This document shows, piece by piece, positions 46,530-64,000 of a stretch of 64,000 nt of DNA. Position 1 is the stretch's first letter; each line of letters opens with the position of its first letter. Origin of the DNA: Camelus dromedarius. Taxonomy: Eukaryota. The stretch spans positions 6,076,001 to 6,140,000 of the forward strand of contig NC_087446.1 of the NCBI RefSeq assembly GCF_036321535.1. The letters are read 5' to 3'. The notes under the pieces are model-generated. The model saw only the letters and a list, made by a program, of their open reading frames with translations. It did no database searches and was not told where the DNA came from. Made by a program: the position numbers and the translations under genes.

Positions 46530-49171
46530 CCTTTTTTTTTTCAATTGAAATATAGTTGATTTACAATTTTGTGTTAGTTTCTGGTGTACAATATAGTGAT
46601 TCTGTTATACATAAATACATACATACCTATTCTTTTTAAGATCCTTTTCATTATAGGTTATTACAAGATATTGAATACAGTTCCCTATGCTATATGGTAG
46701 GACCTTGTTTATATTACATACAGTAGTTTGTACCTGCTAGTCCCAAACTCCTAATTTATCTCTTACTCCCTTCCCCTTCGGTAACCATAAGTTTGTTTTC
46801 TACGTCTGTGAATCTGTTTCTGTTTTGTAAGTAAGTCTGTTTGTATCATTTTTTTAGATTCCACATATAAGTGACATCATATGATGTTTGTCTTTAACTG
46901 ACTTACTTCACTTAGTATGATAATCTCTAGGTCCATCCATGTTGCTACAAATGGCATCATTTCATTTTTTATGGCTGAGTAGTATTCCTATATATACATA
47001 TACCAAACTTTTTTATCCAATCATTTAGTTTGCTCCCATGTCTTGGCTATTGTGAACAGTGTTGTTATGAACATTGGGGTGCATGTATCTTTTCAAATTA
47101 GAGTTTNNNNNNNNNNNNNNNNNNNNNNNNNNNNNNNNNNNNNNNNNNNNNNNNNNNNNNNNNNNNNNNNNNNNNNNNNNNNNNNNNNNNNNNNNNNNNN
47201 NNNNNNNNNNNNNNNNNNNNNNNNNNNNNNNNNNNNNNNNNNNNNNNNNNNACAGCCTCTCTAGCATNNNNNNNNNNNNNNNNNNNNNNNNNNNNNNNNN
47301 NNNNNNNNNNNNNNNNNNNNNNNNNNNNNNNNNNNNNNNNNNNNNNNNNNNNNNNNNNNNNNNNNNNNNNNNNNNNNNNNNNNNNNNNNNNNNNNNNNNN
47401 NNNNNNNNNNNNNNNNNNNNNNNNNNNNNNNNNNNNNNNNNNNNNNNNNNNNNNNNNNNNNNNNNNNNNNNNNNNNNNNNNATGAGCTATTTGTATATTC
47501 TGAAAATTAAGCCCTTATCAGTTGCATTATTTGCAAGTATTTTCTCCCAGTCTATAGGCTATCTTTTTGCTGTACAAAAGCTTATAAATTTGATTAGGTC
47601 CCATTTGTTTATTTTTGCTTTTATTTCTATTGCCGTGGGAGACTGACATAGGAAAACTGCTACAAATTATGTCAGAGAATGTTTTGCCTATGTTCTCTTC
47701 TAGGAGATTTATGGTGTCCTGTCTTATGTTTAAGTCTTTAAGCCATTTTGAGTTTATTTCTGTGTATGGTGTGAGGGAGTATTCTAACTTCATTGATTTA
47801 CATGTGGCTGTCCAGCTTTCCCAACACCATGTGCCTAAGAGATTGCCTTTTCTCCATTGTATATTCTTGCCTCCTTTGTNNNNNNNNNNNNNNNNNNNNN
47901 NNNNNNNNNNNNNNNNNNNNNNNNNNNNNNNNNNNNNNNNNNNNNNNNNNNNNNNNNNNNNNNNNNNNNNNNNNNNNNNNNNNNNNNNNNNNNNNNNNNN
48001 NNNNNNNNNNNNNNNGAGGGTTATGCCTCCAGCTTTGTTCTTTTTCCTCAGGATTGTTTTGGCAATTCTGGGCCTTTTGTGATTCCATATAAATTTTAGG
48101 GTTATTTGTTCTATTCTGTGAAAAATGTCCTGGGTAATTTGATAGGTATTGCATAAAATCTGTAGTTTGCTTTGGGTAGTATGGTCACTTTAATAGTATT
48201 AATTTTTCCAATCCAAGAGCATGCAATATCTTTCCATTTCTTTAAATCATCTTCAATTTCTGTTATCAATGCTTTATATTTCTCAGTGTATAAGTTTTTC
48301 ACCTCCTTGGTCAGGTTTATTACTAAGTTGTTTGTTTGTTTGTTTGTTGATGCGATTTTATTTTATTTTACTTATTTATTTTTTGAGAGTTATGTTTTAC
48401 CCGGCAGACATTTCTGAGGGCTCAAACCCCTTTGAGCCTGGGATGACAGCCTCTCAGATTGCTCTCTGATGTGATTTTAAAGGGATTTTTTTTTTTACTT
48501 TCCTTTTCTGATATTTCATTGTTAGTGTAAAGAAATGCAACAGATTTCTGTATGTTAATCTTGTATCTTGCTACCTTGCTGAATGCATTTATCAGTTCTC
48601 ATAGTTTTTGTGTGGAGTCTTTAGGATTTTCTATACATAGTATCATGTCATCTGCATACAGTGACAATTTTACCTTTACCTTTCCAATTTGGATCTATTT
48701 CACTTCTTTTTCTTGTCTGATTGCTGCGACTAGGACCTCCAATACTATGCTGAACAGAAGTGGTAAGAGTGGGCATCCTTCTCTTGTTCCCGATTTTAGT
48801 AGGAAGGCTTTCAACTCTTCACCGTTGAGAATTATGTTGGATGTGAGTTTGTCATAAATAGCTTTTATGATGTTGAGATATGTTCCCTCTATACGCACTT
48901 TGGTAAGAGTGTTTATGATGAATGGATGTTGAATTTTATCAAATGCTTTTTCTGCATCTATTGAGATGATGCATCATTGAGTTGAAGGTTTCTGTCCTTC
49001 ATTTGGTGATGTGGAGTATCATATTGATTGATTTGCATATGTTGAACCATCCTTGAGACCCTGGGATGAGTTCAACTTGATTGTAGTGTGTGATCTTTTT
49101 AAGTGTTGTTGGATTCAGTTTGCTAACATTTTGTTGAGAATGTTTGCATCTATATTCATCAAAGATATTGG
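46530..49171 (-). mobile_element. 5'-truncated L1 (about 2.6 kb: degenerate ORF2 RT/C-terminal region plus 3' UTR), with three N-runs
   Basis: Minus-strand ORF2 fragments [22 protein letters not shown]...[46 protein letters not shown]; poly-T at 46532. TSD AAAGGCCCTGA at 46519-46529 and 49172-49182. Confidence 0.92.
48361..48467 (-). mobile_element. Short polyadenylated insertion inside the L1, resembling an ERV LTR R region
   Basis: TSD GATG(C/T)GATTTTA at 48349-48360 and 48468-48479. Minus strand ends ...ccctcagaaatgtctgccgggtaaaacataactctc followed by an A-rich tail. Confidence 0.6.
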
Positions 49172-49539
49172 AAAGGCCCTGATTTTTTTTAAGGCTCCTA
49201 TTGGTAAAATTGCTTTCCTGAAAATCTGGACCGGTTCATGTCCATAATCAGGGATTATTATATGGCCCATTCTGCAGATAGGAAAGAAGAGGCCCAGAGA
49301 GGTAAAGGGATCTGGCCCAAGATACAATAAGCAGTGATGCTCCCTCAAGAGTGGCCAACTCCAGACATTGATCCAGGCTTTACTCCTTGTTTTTTTCACT
49401 ACTCAAAGATTTTCCTCCCGACTGGTCTCTTTTTGGAGTGAGAGGTATCCAAGATATACTGGAAGAACTACTTGTTGGGATGGGAAGCAAGGGAAGAAGC
49501 CCCCCTCCCCATAGCCTGTTTTTGGCTCATTTTTCCTAA

Positions 49540-49990
49540 TAGGGGGTCAGGTTTCCCCCAGATCCCCAGGGCCCTGGCAAGTGGGGGCGGGGCCAGCTGA
49601 AGTCTCAGTTCCTCCTGGGCTTCCTGCAGGCACCTTTCACTTCCTGCCTGGTAGCCCCAGCTTCAGGCTCAAGGTGGGGGTGGGGAAGCCCAGCTGGTGA
49701 GACCAGGCAGGAAGGACCTGACTCCTAACCTCCCTGTGTCTCAGTGAGGATGGCCGCACACAGCTCTTACCTTTAAAAGCTGCTGGCATCTCTTCAGGCC
49801 TGTCTCCCATATTCAAAATGTAGCCTGAGGGCCAACCAGCTGTCCAAGATTAAAGAGATCGTGCAGCAAGTACAGTATCCCCCTCAGGAGTATCTCGACC
49901 TCCTCCCTTTCCTGGGATGCAGACACTTTCTGCCCAAAGCCCCCAGCCCTCAGAAATTCCCCCTAGGAAGTGAGTTTCCCAGAGCAGACC
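49540..49990. promoter_or_regulatory. Candidate B-cell enhancer (EICE/PU.1, E-box, EBF-like and kB-like motifs)
   Basis: GGAAGTGAAA (- strand, 49635-49644); GAGGAACT (- strand, 49607-49614); CAGCTG twice; TCCCCAGGGC 49563; GAAATTCCCC 49953. Confidence 0.4.
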
Positions 49991-52900
49991 TGAGACGTCT
50001 CAAGAGTCACCACCCGCATCGATCATTTATTTACTGCCCCATCATCACACCAGATCTTGGTAGGCCTGCTTTGCCTCAGGGCCATTTTGGTCCGTGCCAG
50101 GAGGTCAGCCTCAGGCCCTGCCATTAGTTCCTAGTCCAGTGGGAGAGACAGAGTGGGACACAAATGAGGGTGACCAGGGAATGCCCCAAGCAGGAGGGTG
50201 ACTAATTTAGCTTCCAGGGAGTGCTTTGAAGAGTAGGAGGTTTGCCCTGAGGTCTTCGGAGTTTTCCTTTTGGAATGGAGCAGAGAAAGGGCATTCCTGG
50301 CCCTGGGAACTGTGTGCACAGGTGCAGAGAAGAGGGGGCAGGACGTGGGTGCCTGGAAGATTGGGCAACATGCCCCCTGTGTGCCAGGTGAGGCTGTGTC
50401 AGAACCCTCCCTGTGGCCATTCCTGCCCCATGGCACACAGGAGCACCCACCTCAGGGAACCTGGTGATCCTCCAGCTCCACTATTTGGTCCCACCCTTCC
50501 CTGTCACCTCTGAGAAGCCACCAGACCCCTCTGACCTTCCTCTGGGCACAAGGAGGGTGGGAGCCCACTCCCATGTGCTCTGTTATAGGTGGCTTAGGCC
50601 AAATTTTCCCTCACTCAGAACCTAAATCTGACCTCTCTCCAATCTGTGCCTGGGGGTCCTGATCTGGGGGTGGGGAAGGGGGCGGGGCTGCGGAGGTACG
50701 GACAACTGCCCAAGGTCACACGGAGAGTCAAGGAGCCAGGAGGACGCAGACGACCATGAGCCGGTCTAATGCTCTTTGCAGGGACTCTGTGGGGCGGGGA
50801 AGCTGCCCTGGTGTGAGGCGGGAGGTGTACTCAGGAGTCCAGGGACCGAACGGGCCTCTGAGCATCTCCTCACTCCCCTCAGCTGCAGAGAATCTGAGGA
50901 CCAGCCCCGGGCGTCCTGCCCGGATCCAGGACGCTGACAGCTACTCAGGGCAGGTGAAAGTCTATCTCGGCAGCTCCTGCGGTCAGGGGGAACTGTGGCA
51001 CCTCCACTGCCAGCCTACAGGCGCCGGAAGGCGGGTCTCCGGGACGGAGGGGGTGGGGCCAGGGCGAGGGGCGCGGCAAAGGGCGGGGTGAAGGAGAGAG
51101 GTGGGGCTCAGGAACCTGAGGCTACAAGGCAGCAGGAAAGGGGCGGGGCCAGGAGCAAGTAGAGGGATGGGTTCAAGGCCCACCCACAACGAAAAAGGGA
51201 CGCAACAGACGAGCGGCGGCACTAAGAACAACTGTAGACCCTCCAAACTCTGGACCTCACACGGGGTCCCCGTCCTCACGCGCGGCCCGAACCAGGAGGG
51301 TTCAAGTGCCAGGCATGGCCCGGACTTTGGGGAGATCTGGCCTTCCCCCCACCGCCCCCACTCTCCGGCTCCGGACTCGGAGCTGACCTCGGAGTTGTGT
51401 CGCAAGAACCGGCAGGCTGGCGGGACAGGGCGCGCCTGCCCTGGACGGACCCGCTGTGTGGCCTCCGCCGAGTACTGTCCTCTCTGGGTCTGTTCCCGCG
51501 CTACAGTCCTGGTGGGCAGCTCCGGATTTGTACCTTCACTGGGTGCATGAGGAACTGGGAAGGGAAGCTGAGTCCCAGCTCGCAGCCCTACCACTCCTAA
51601 CCGCCTCTTCCTCACGACCTCAGGAGTCCTAGCGCCCCCTCCCTCCCACAGGCAGCTGGAGCCTGAGTCACGAGCTGCCTCTTAGGGAGACAAAGGAGCT
51701 GCGGGCCCTTCCCTCCAGACCCCCCTCCCGGTACTTAGATGGCATCTGCACTAGCAGGGAGCCTATAGTCCCCTAGAATCTCTGCTACTTGGGTAACCCT
51801 CCACCATGGAGGAAATGGAAGCGAAATGGGCTTGGAAATGAGGACTTTGAGGCTTGTGGATGGCACCCACGGTGGCAATCACCATCTTAGCACCGCTGTG
51901 GTAGGGACTCCCACGAGGCTGCATGTTCCTGGATGTTTCTCAGTCAGAGCTGTGCTGGCTTCTCCCTGCAGCCCTACTAAAAAGGAGCTAGCAGCCCATC
52001 TTATGGATGAGAAAACTAAGGCCTAGAAAGGTTGATTGGCCTTTTTAGAGCAGGAATTCCAACCCACATTAGTCTGGCTTCAACATGAAGAATGAGTAGG
52101 AGCTCACACTGGGAGGGGCTGGAAAGGCTTTCCTGAAAGAGAGCCCAGCCTGTGGGAAGACCTGGGGGCTCATGGAGGAGTTGGCATGTCAGGCATTAGT
52201 CAGGCACTGGGTGTGCTGTCAGTGGGTAGGAACACTTCCCTGGCCTCTAGGCTGGGGTCCTCCAGGTGCTCTCTCTGTACTGAACTGGCCAGAAAGTAGG
52301 TTCACAGTGTAGGTTCCTGGCCAGACTCTGGCCCTTCCAGGCTGTGTGCCAATCACAGCAAATCACTTCCCCTCTCTGGGTCTTGGGTTTCTCTCTAGGA
52401 GGGCTGGGCAGACTGGTGAGTTACCACCTAAAACACAGACACTGAGGCCCAGGTCAGGCTTCTTAAATGTCCACGACCTCCCAGGACCCTGAGTCTTATC
52501 CAGGCACCAGGTGAGGACTCAACAGTGAGGGAAGAACACGTTTGCGTGGGTGCATCCACACCGACACACACATACACACATGCTCACGTGCGGGAAAGGC
52601 CCTCACAGTCGCACCAGCCCAGACATGCACACTCACTCACACCGTGAGCACACTCAGACACCGGCACACTCCAGCTGCCGGCTTTTGGAGCTGGGGGTGG
52701 GGCAGGTGCCCTTCAGGAGCAGAGACACAGCTCCTCTGCCCGCCCCGTGGGGCTCGCTGCAGATGCCAGGGGTTATTTTAAGCCTGGATCAATAGATGAT
52801 TTTTGGTGACACAGGCTTGGTGGCGGAGGGCAGTGGAGATGAGGGGCAGGTGCTCTGGTGCCTTGCTATGGAGAGAGACCCCAGAGTCCAGGGAGGGCAG

Positions 52901-53875
52901 CCTGGGCAAAGGGGTCCCTCCTCAGCTGCACTGCTCCATCTCTAGATCCCCTTACCCAGCACATAGCTTGGCACCTGGGGGGCAATGTCAGCTGAATGGC
53001 TGTGGTCTGTCTTTACATTTGCCTTTTCCTGCACCCCTTCCCTCCAAGGCTGTGTGCTCACATGGAGAGGGCACTGAGTGCCTGGCGTGGACCTGCTAGA
53101 TGTGGGCATCTATGGTTCCTTGCTGACCATTGAACCAGACTGAGATGGGGAGGAAGCCATGGGTGTGGGGAGGAGCTGGAGGTTGGACAATAGGTCAATT
53201 CTCCCCAGGTGCAGGATGGACTGGAATATAGCTCCTTTATTGGGTAAATGGAGATATAGATATATATCCTGATTGCAGTCAACTTGGGGTGTAAGTTGAG
53301 CAGAACACTCAATGATGCCAGGACAGTGGGAGCAAGAGAAGGGCCCAGGAAGGGGTTGTAACCAAGAGGAGAGCATTGGAAGACTTGTTCTGGGCCCAGT
53401 AGGGTCATTCTACCTGGAAAGTGTCCACAGTCCTGGGGGGGTGGCGGGGCTCAGAAACAAGTCTTTTTAAACCTAGTGCCCAGCAATAGGATGAGAAAGA
53501 GGGGAGAAGTAGCCACCATTGGAGCCCCAGTAACCTAGAGGGCTGCTTGGCAGAGTATTGTGTGGGCATTGATACAAAGTGGACAGTTTGTGCCATGGAT
53601 TCCATTTCTAGGGATACCAGCTAAGGAAGCAGAAAAGCATGCACAGAAAATATAGTTACAAAGTTCTAAAGCAGAATAACAAGCTGAAAGTTTGACAGCA
53701 AAAAGTAAACTAAAACCCAGTTATAAAACAGTATGAAAATCATCAGTTGTCCTTACTGATGAGATTAAGGCAATTTCATTTTATCCCTTTGCTCATCTAT
53801 TTTCTTCTCTAAAATTGTAATGAAGTCTTTTAATGGGGTGGGGTCTTCTGGGCTGCATCAGAAGCATGTTTGTGA

Positions 53876-54038
53876 GGGGGGAGGGTATAGCTCATGTGGT
53901 AAAGCACATGCCTAGCATGCCTGAGGTCCTGGGTTCAATCGTCCACTGATAAATAAATAAATAAACCTAACTACTAACTACCTCTTCCCTGAAAAAAAAA
54001 AAAGTTTTTTTTTTTAAATTAAAGAAAAAATAATAAGA
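53876..54038 (+). mobile_element. tRNA-Ala-derived camelid SINE (Vic-1 type)
   Basis: gggggagggtatagctcatgtggtaaagcacatgcctagcatgcctgaggtcctgggttcaat plus aaataaataaataaacctaa tail; imperfect flanking repeat agaag(ca/tg)t(g/a)tttgtg. Confidence 0.82.
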
Positions 54039-54919
54039 AGAAGTGTATTTGTGGGTGGAGGAGGGAGGAGCAGATTGTCTTTGGCCAGGGCATGAGGAAT
54101 CACCTGATGAGGGAGGGTGTTGGGGGGAGGTCACACCCTTCCTGTCAACCCACTAATACCTGAAATTAGTCTGTCAGCCCCTCATCTCATCAACAGAACT
54201 TGATCCTCCTTTAAATGTAAATCCTTCTCCCTCTTCCTCCCTCCACCTCCTCCATTTTTATAAGCTGATCCCAGTTGCTGAATGAAGAGAGGATGCAAAA
54301 GAGAGCAGGAAGGACCCAAGGAGCCTAAATTCTTCAACTAAAACTGGAGACTAGAGTCACTTCACCTGATTCATTCAGCAGATATGGCCGAGGCCTGTGC
54401 TATATGGAAACTCGTGAAATGGCCCCAGGAGCCCTTGCCCCCCCTGGTGCTCCCATCTAGACAGTGGGAGCTTCTATATTGATCTCAGCCTCCTAGAAGG
54501 GAAGGATCATGAATCTGCCCTCCAGGAACAGTTTTTGATGTTAAAATGAGAAACTAAGGCAGAGAAAAAGCAAGGCACCCCAGCTCAGTCACATTTCCCA
54601 GTTAAATCCAACTTCAAAAACGCAGCTGAATAGTGTTCAGAGTAGGTTCCGTACTTGCCCACCCCTCTTACCCTCCTCCCCTGGGCTTGAGAAAGGAGAC
54701 AAGGGTCCTGTGGGGGCCCGGGTGAAGGGTACGCCAATGGCTCTGCCCCCAGGTAGGGCTCCCACTGTCCTCATCCAAGGCAGGGGCTAATCCAATCTTC
54801 TCCCCTTCACACCTAGGGAGGCAGAGAGATCCCTAGGTGGACAGCACTGACCAGGCCATACCCATAGTCCATAGTTGGGGACTTCCTAGGACCCCCGAGG
54901 GGCCTGCAAGAAGTTCTAG

Positions 54920-60843
<5,924 letters not shown>

Positions 60844-61075
60844 GGACAGGGCCGCTGGTTCTCCAGAGACAATGCATTGCGGGGAGCCCTGTTTCCCCCT
60901 GGGGTTTGTCAGCGATTGGTGTGGGGGCCCAGGCCACAGAAAGGAGGGGTGCTGTGGGAGGCCAGCCCTTCTGCCTGCCCAAACTGGACTGGGAGCCTGC
61001 AGGGCTAAGAAGAGGCCTCCCGGGTAAGGCCTGTGGTTCTGTCCTGGGGGCTCTAGGGCCCGGTTTCCTTGTGTA

Positions 61076-61114
61076 AATAAACCCTTATCCGTGGCTCCCA
61101 TCCCTGAGAATAAA
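61076..61114 (+). terminator. Tandem AATAAA polyadenylation signals for SHISA8
   Basis: AATAAA at 61076-61081 and 61109-61114, about 230-270 nt after the stop. Confidence 0.7.
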
Positions 61115-63609
61115 GGAGTCCCAGCATGGCTCTGAAAGGCGCTGATGGAAAGAGGCTTTGGTCATTGACTAGACAGACGGCAGTACCAGCAGAGGGCACA
61201 GCGTGTGCAAGAGCAGAGGGCTGCTCCCAAAAGCTGGCGGGCAAGTGTTCTGGGAGCCAGGGAGAAGTGGCTGGAGAGGGTGGTCAGGGCTGAATGCCAG
61301 GCTTAATGTCCACACCAGTAGGAGCCATGGGAGAGAGGGCAGTTAGGCCCCAGCCATCTTGAGGCTAATTAAGTACAGGAGAGAGGGCTGCTGGGTCCCT
61401 GAGGGTCCATGTCCCTTACCAGTGCTGAGCCCCTCTAGCCGGTCACCCACTCTCCAGCTTGAGGTGGTTGAGCCTGGCTGATCCTGACACTGTCTGGCCC
61501 TGGGCCGGCCCCTGGCCTGCAGGCCACTTGGCTAGCTTGGCCCAGGGCCACCCTCCTGATGGATGTGGGCAGTGGGCCGGATGGACAGCTGGTGCTCGGG
61601 ATGGGGGAGCCTCCTCCCAGTAGCTACTCTAGGGGAAATGAGTATAGGGATGCTGGACCCAGAGCCTTGGCAGTGCCCCCACTGGGGTGCTCACCCCACA
61701 AATGCTTGGCATTGCCAGCTCTCCTTTCTGCCAGGCAGGCTCCTAGCACCTGGCAGTGGCCCAGGGCATTGGCAACAGCCTACGTGCCTCAAGTTTCTGT
61801 GCACCAGACACTGCTGGGGAGGTCGAGGGCTGGGTTATGCCCTCATTGTGTGACCTCAACAAAGCCACCCAGTTGGGCCTATCTCCCTCCTGTGAAACCT
61901 AGGCACGGTATGTATACTGGTTCAATACCAGTGGCCACCATTTGCTGCTGTTTCTTCCACTTAATCCTCACTGAAGTCCCATGGGTGTGTGGCTTTACAG
62001 ATGAGGAAACTGAGGTCTTGAGACCTAAGTATCTTGCCAAGGTCACCCAGCTGACTCCAATTTAGGACTCTTCCATATTCCACTGCCATAGTGAATCTGG
62101 TGGTGAAATGGCAGCCGCGGGCAGTCTCGGGGAGGAGGGAAGGTTATGAACATGTCTGTTGACAGGGAGGAGCCCCTGCTTCCCAGGGCACAGGCAGTCT
62201 GACTGCCCTCCTGCTGGCTGGGCTGCCCTGAGGGTCCCCAAACCCACCAGCTCTTCACTGGTATGAGGGTCCACCTTGCTGTTTCTTATGGCTATTGAGA
62301 AAACCAAGGCCCAGAAACCCCAGGACAGAACAGAGCCCAGAGCTCACGGCCATGCCTGCAGTGAGGACCCCCATGGCTTCCAGGGGAGAAGGCCCTCACA
62401 CCTTCAACCCAGGATGGGGGTGGGTGCCCCTGGGACTATTCTGCAGCTGTACAGAGCTGGGGGAGGAGGGTGGGTGCTGAGTCATGGATCCTGCAGAGAC
62501 TCACAAAAGGATTGGGTTCCTGGGCACACATCAGCTACCCACAGCCACCCACCCTGGTGACACAGGCCCTGGCTGGGCTGTGCTGGGAGGTAGATGTGAC
62601 CTCTTTGCTCATTCTGAGTCCCAGGGGCCCTGGATCTCCATCCCAGGGGGCCAGGCTGAGGCCACAGGTATGGCCTCCACTGGGAATGCTGCCATAATAA
62701 GTGGACAGGCACCAGCTACAGCTGCAACCCGCACTTCCCCCCGGGCTGCTCCGGCCTTGGGACAGCGTAGCCTGCTGTGAATGCCCTTCAGAGAAGGGAG
62801 TGGTGGCTCAGAGAGCTGAAGGTCCTTGGCCCATTTCTCAGCCGGGCCAGATCACGGACCACATGCACTTCAGCCCCCAAGCTCATCCCCACGTGGTACT
62901 CCTGACCCCACCTCCCCACAGGGTCCAGCACTCTCCCATCCCAGCACTCCTGGTGGTCTGGTTCCTCACTAGCCTCACAAGGCCCTCACCATAAACTGGC
63001 ATTTTATGCATGTTGTATCATTCAAACTGGCCAACAGGCCTACAGGGACTTGGTCAAAGGCAGGGGCTGTCAGCCCCATTCTGCACACAAGGAAGTGGAG
63101 GCTGAGGGGCTGCCCTCTCCCTATCCCCTACGGGGCCCAGCTGGGAAGTACAGGAGCTGGACTTGGATGTGACTTGCAGGCCACATCCTCAGTTTCAATG
63201 CCTCCAGGGAGATGGGGAAACGAAGGTGTGGCCCTCCCAGTAGGGGAGAGGTCTCTCTCTAAAGGGTGAACACAGAAGGGCTTAGCACCCCAAATCTCAA
63301 AGAACTGCTGCTGTCTGCTCAACAGTCAGCTCTATGTCCTGCATACAGTGACCTCTGACCCCAGCAACACCACCAACACCCCCTTTATCCTAGGCCCATC
63401 CCAGCCCTGGAGTGTTAGCCAAACAGCTGGCATTGGAAGGAAGGAACCAGGTGCGTGGGCAGGCAAGGAGGGTCCAGCGGAGTGAAGCCTCCCAGGGGCC
63501 TCTCAGCAGAGGGAGGAGCTGTCCTCAGTCCCTGACCCACTGGAGGCCAAGGCATGCAGCCACCTGGCTAGTCACCACAGCGGTCACGCCACAGACCCGC
63601 ACACACCTC

Positions 63610-64000
63610 ACGCTGGGTGGTACCAATCTGTGTTTATTGAATAACCTACATCCAGGACACAGTGAATGATTCCACATCAAGGAAGCCATAGGTGTATCCC
63701 CCTTTTTAGTGAAAAAAACAAAACAAAACCCTCCCACCCCTAAACAATAAGGAGAAAAGGCACAGTATGTACACGTGACACAAAGGCTGGCTCGCCCAGC
63801 GGGCAAGGGCCATAAATGACAGTTGTGGGGGGGAGGGCCAAGCCAACTGTTCCAGCTTACACTCAGCATCAGGGGAGCCCCTGTTGTGTGGACCCCCAGT
63901 CTGGGCTGGGGCCCTGGCCCACTTCCTATCCCAAGCAGCCTGAGGGGCTGAGAAGCACAGGGAGGGAGGGAAGACAGCCCCTCTTAGCCTCTCAGCAGGC
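63610..64000 (-). other. SREBF2: Probable distal 3' UTR and polyA signal of SREBF2 (convergent with SHISA8)
   Basis: AATAAA on - at 63633-63638 with U-rich UTR-like sequence upstream. Identity from synteny only; no coding sequence is in the window. Confidence 0.5.

Noticed and set aside
47527-48898. L1 ORF2-like ORFs as active genes
   Set aside because: Fragmented by stops, frameshifts and an insertion; the element is 5'-truncated.
26767-54038. Five tRNA-Ala-like sequences as tRNA genes
   Set aside because: All have A-rich tails, flanking direct repeats and stem/anticodon mutations; they are SINEs.

Overview
Mammalian genomic DNA, almost certainly camelid: it carries five tRNA-Ala-derived Vic-1-type SINEs and a cetartiodactyl-type L1 3' end, and I saw no ruminant or pig SINEs. 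The window is syntenic to human 22q13.2. Gene order: SEPTIN3 (long N-terminal coding exon, - strand; rest of gene lies left of the window), SMIM45 (68-aa microprotein, -), CENPM (6 exons, 180 aa, +), TNFRSF13C/BAFF-R (3 exons, 186-187 aa, +), SHISA8 (4 exons, 399 aa, +, Cys-rich domain hidden by an N-run), and probably the SREBF2 3' UTR end (-). All exon models were built by hand from GT/AG sites and sum to intact frames. Most other ORFs in the track are GC-rich noise. I found no wholly new gene system. The best leads are: (1) several SxIP/SxLP EB-binding-like motifs plus a Thr/Ala/Asp repeat in the long SEPTIN3 N-terminal extension; (2) near-palindromic RFX X-boxes upstream of both SEPTIN3-long and SMIM45; (3) an optimal-Kozak uORF 17 nt before the SHISA8 start; (4) a perfect ETS-IRF element cluster downstream of BAFF-R; (5) a BAFF-R intron 1 open in two frames across a C18 tract; (6) the apparent non-coding precursor of the human de novo SMIM45 ORF; (7) nested and unusual retroinsertions with intact target-site duplications. 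Gene identities rest on remembered human protein sequences, not on a database search.
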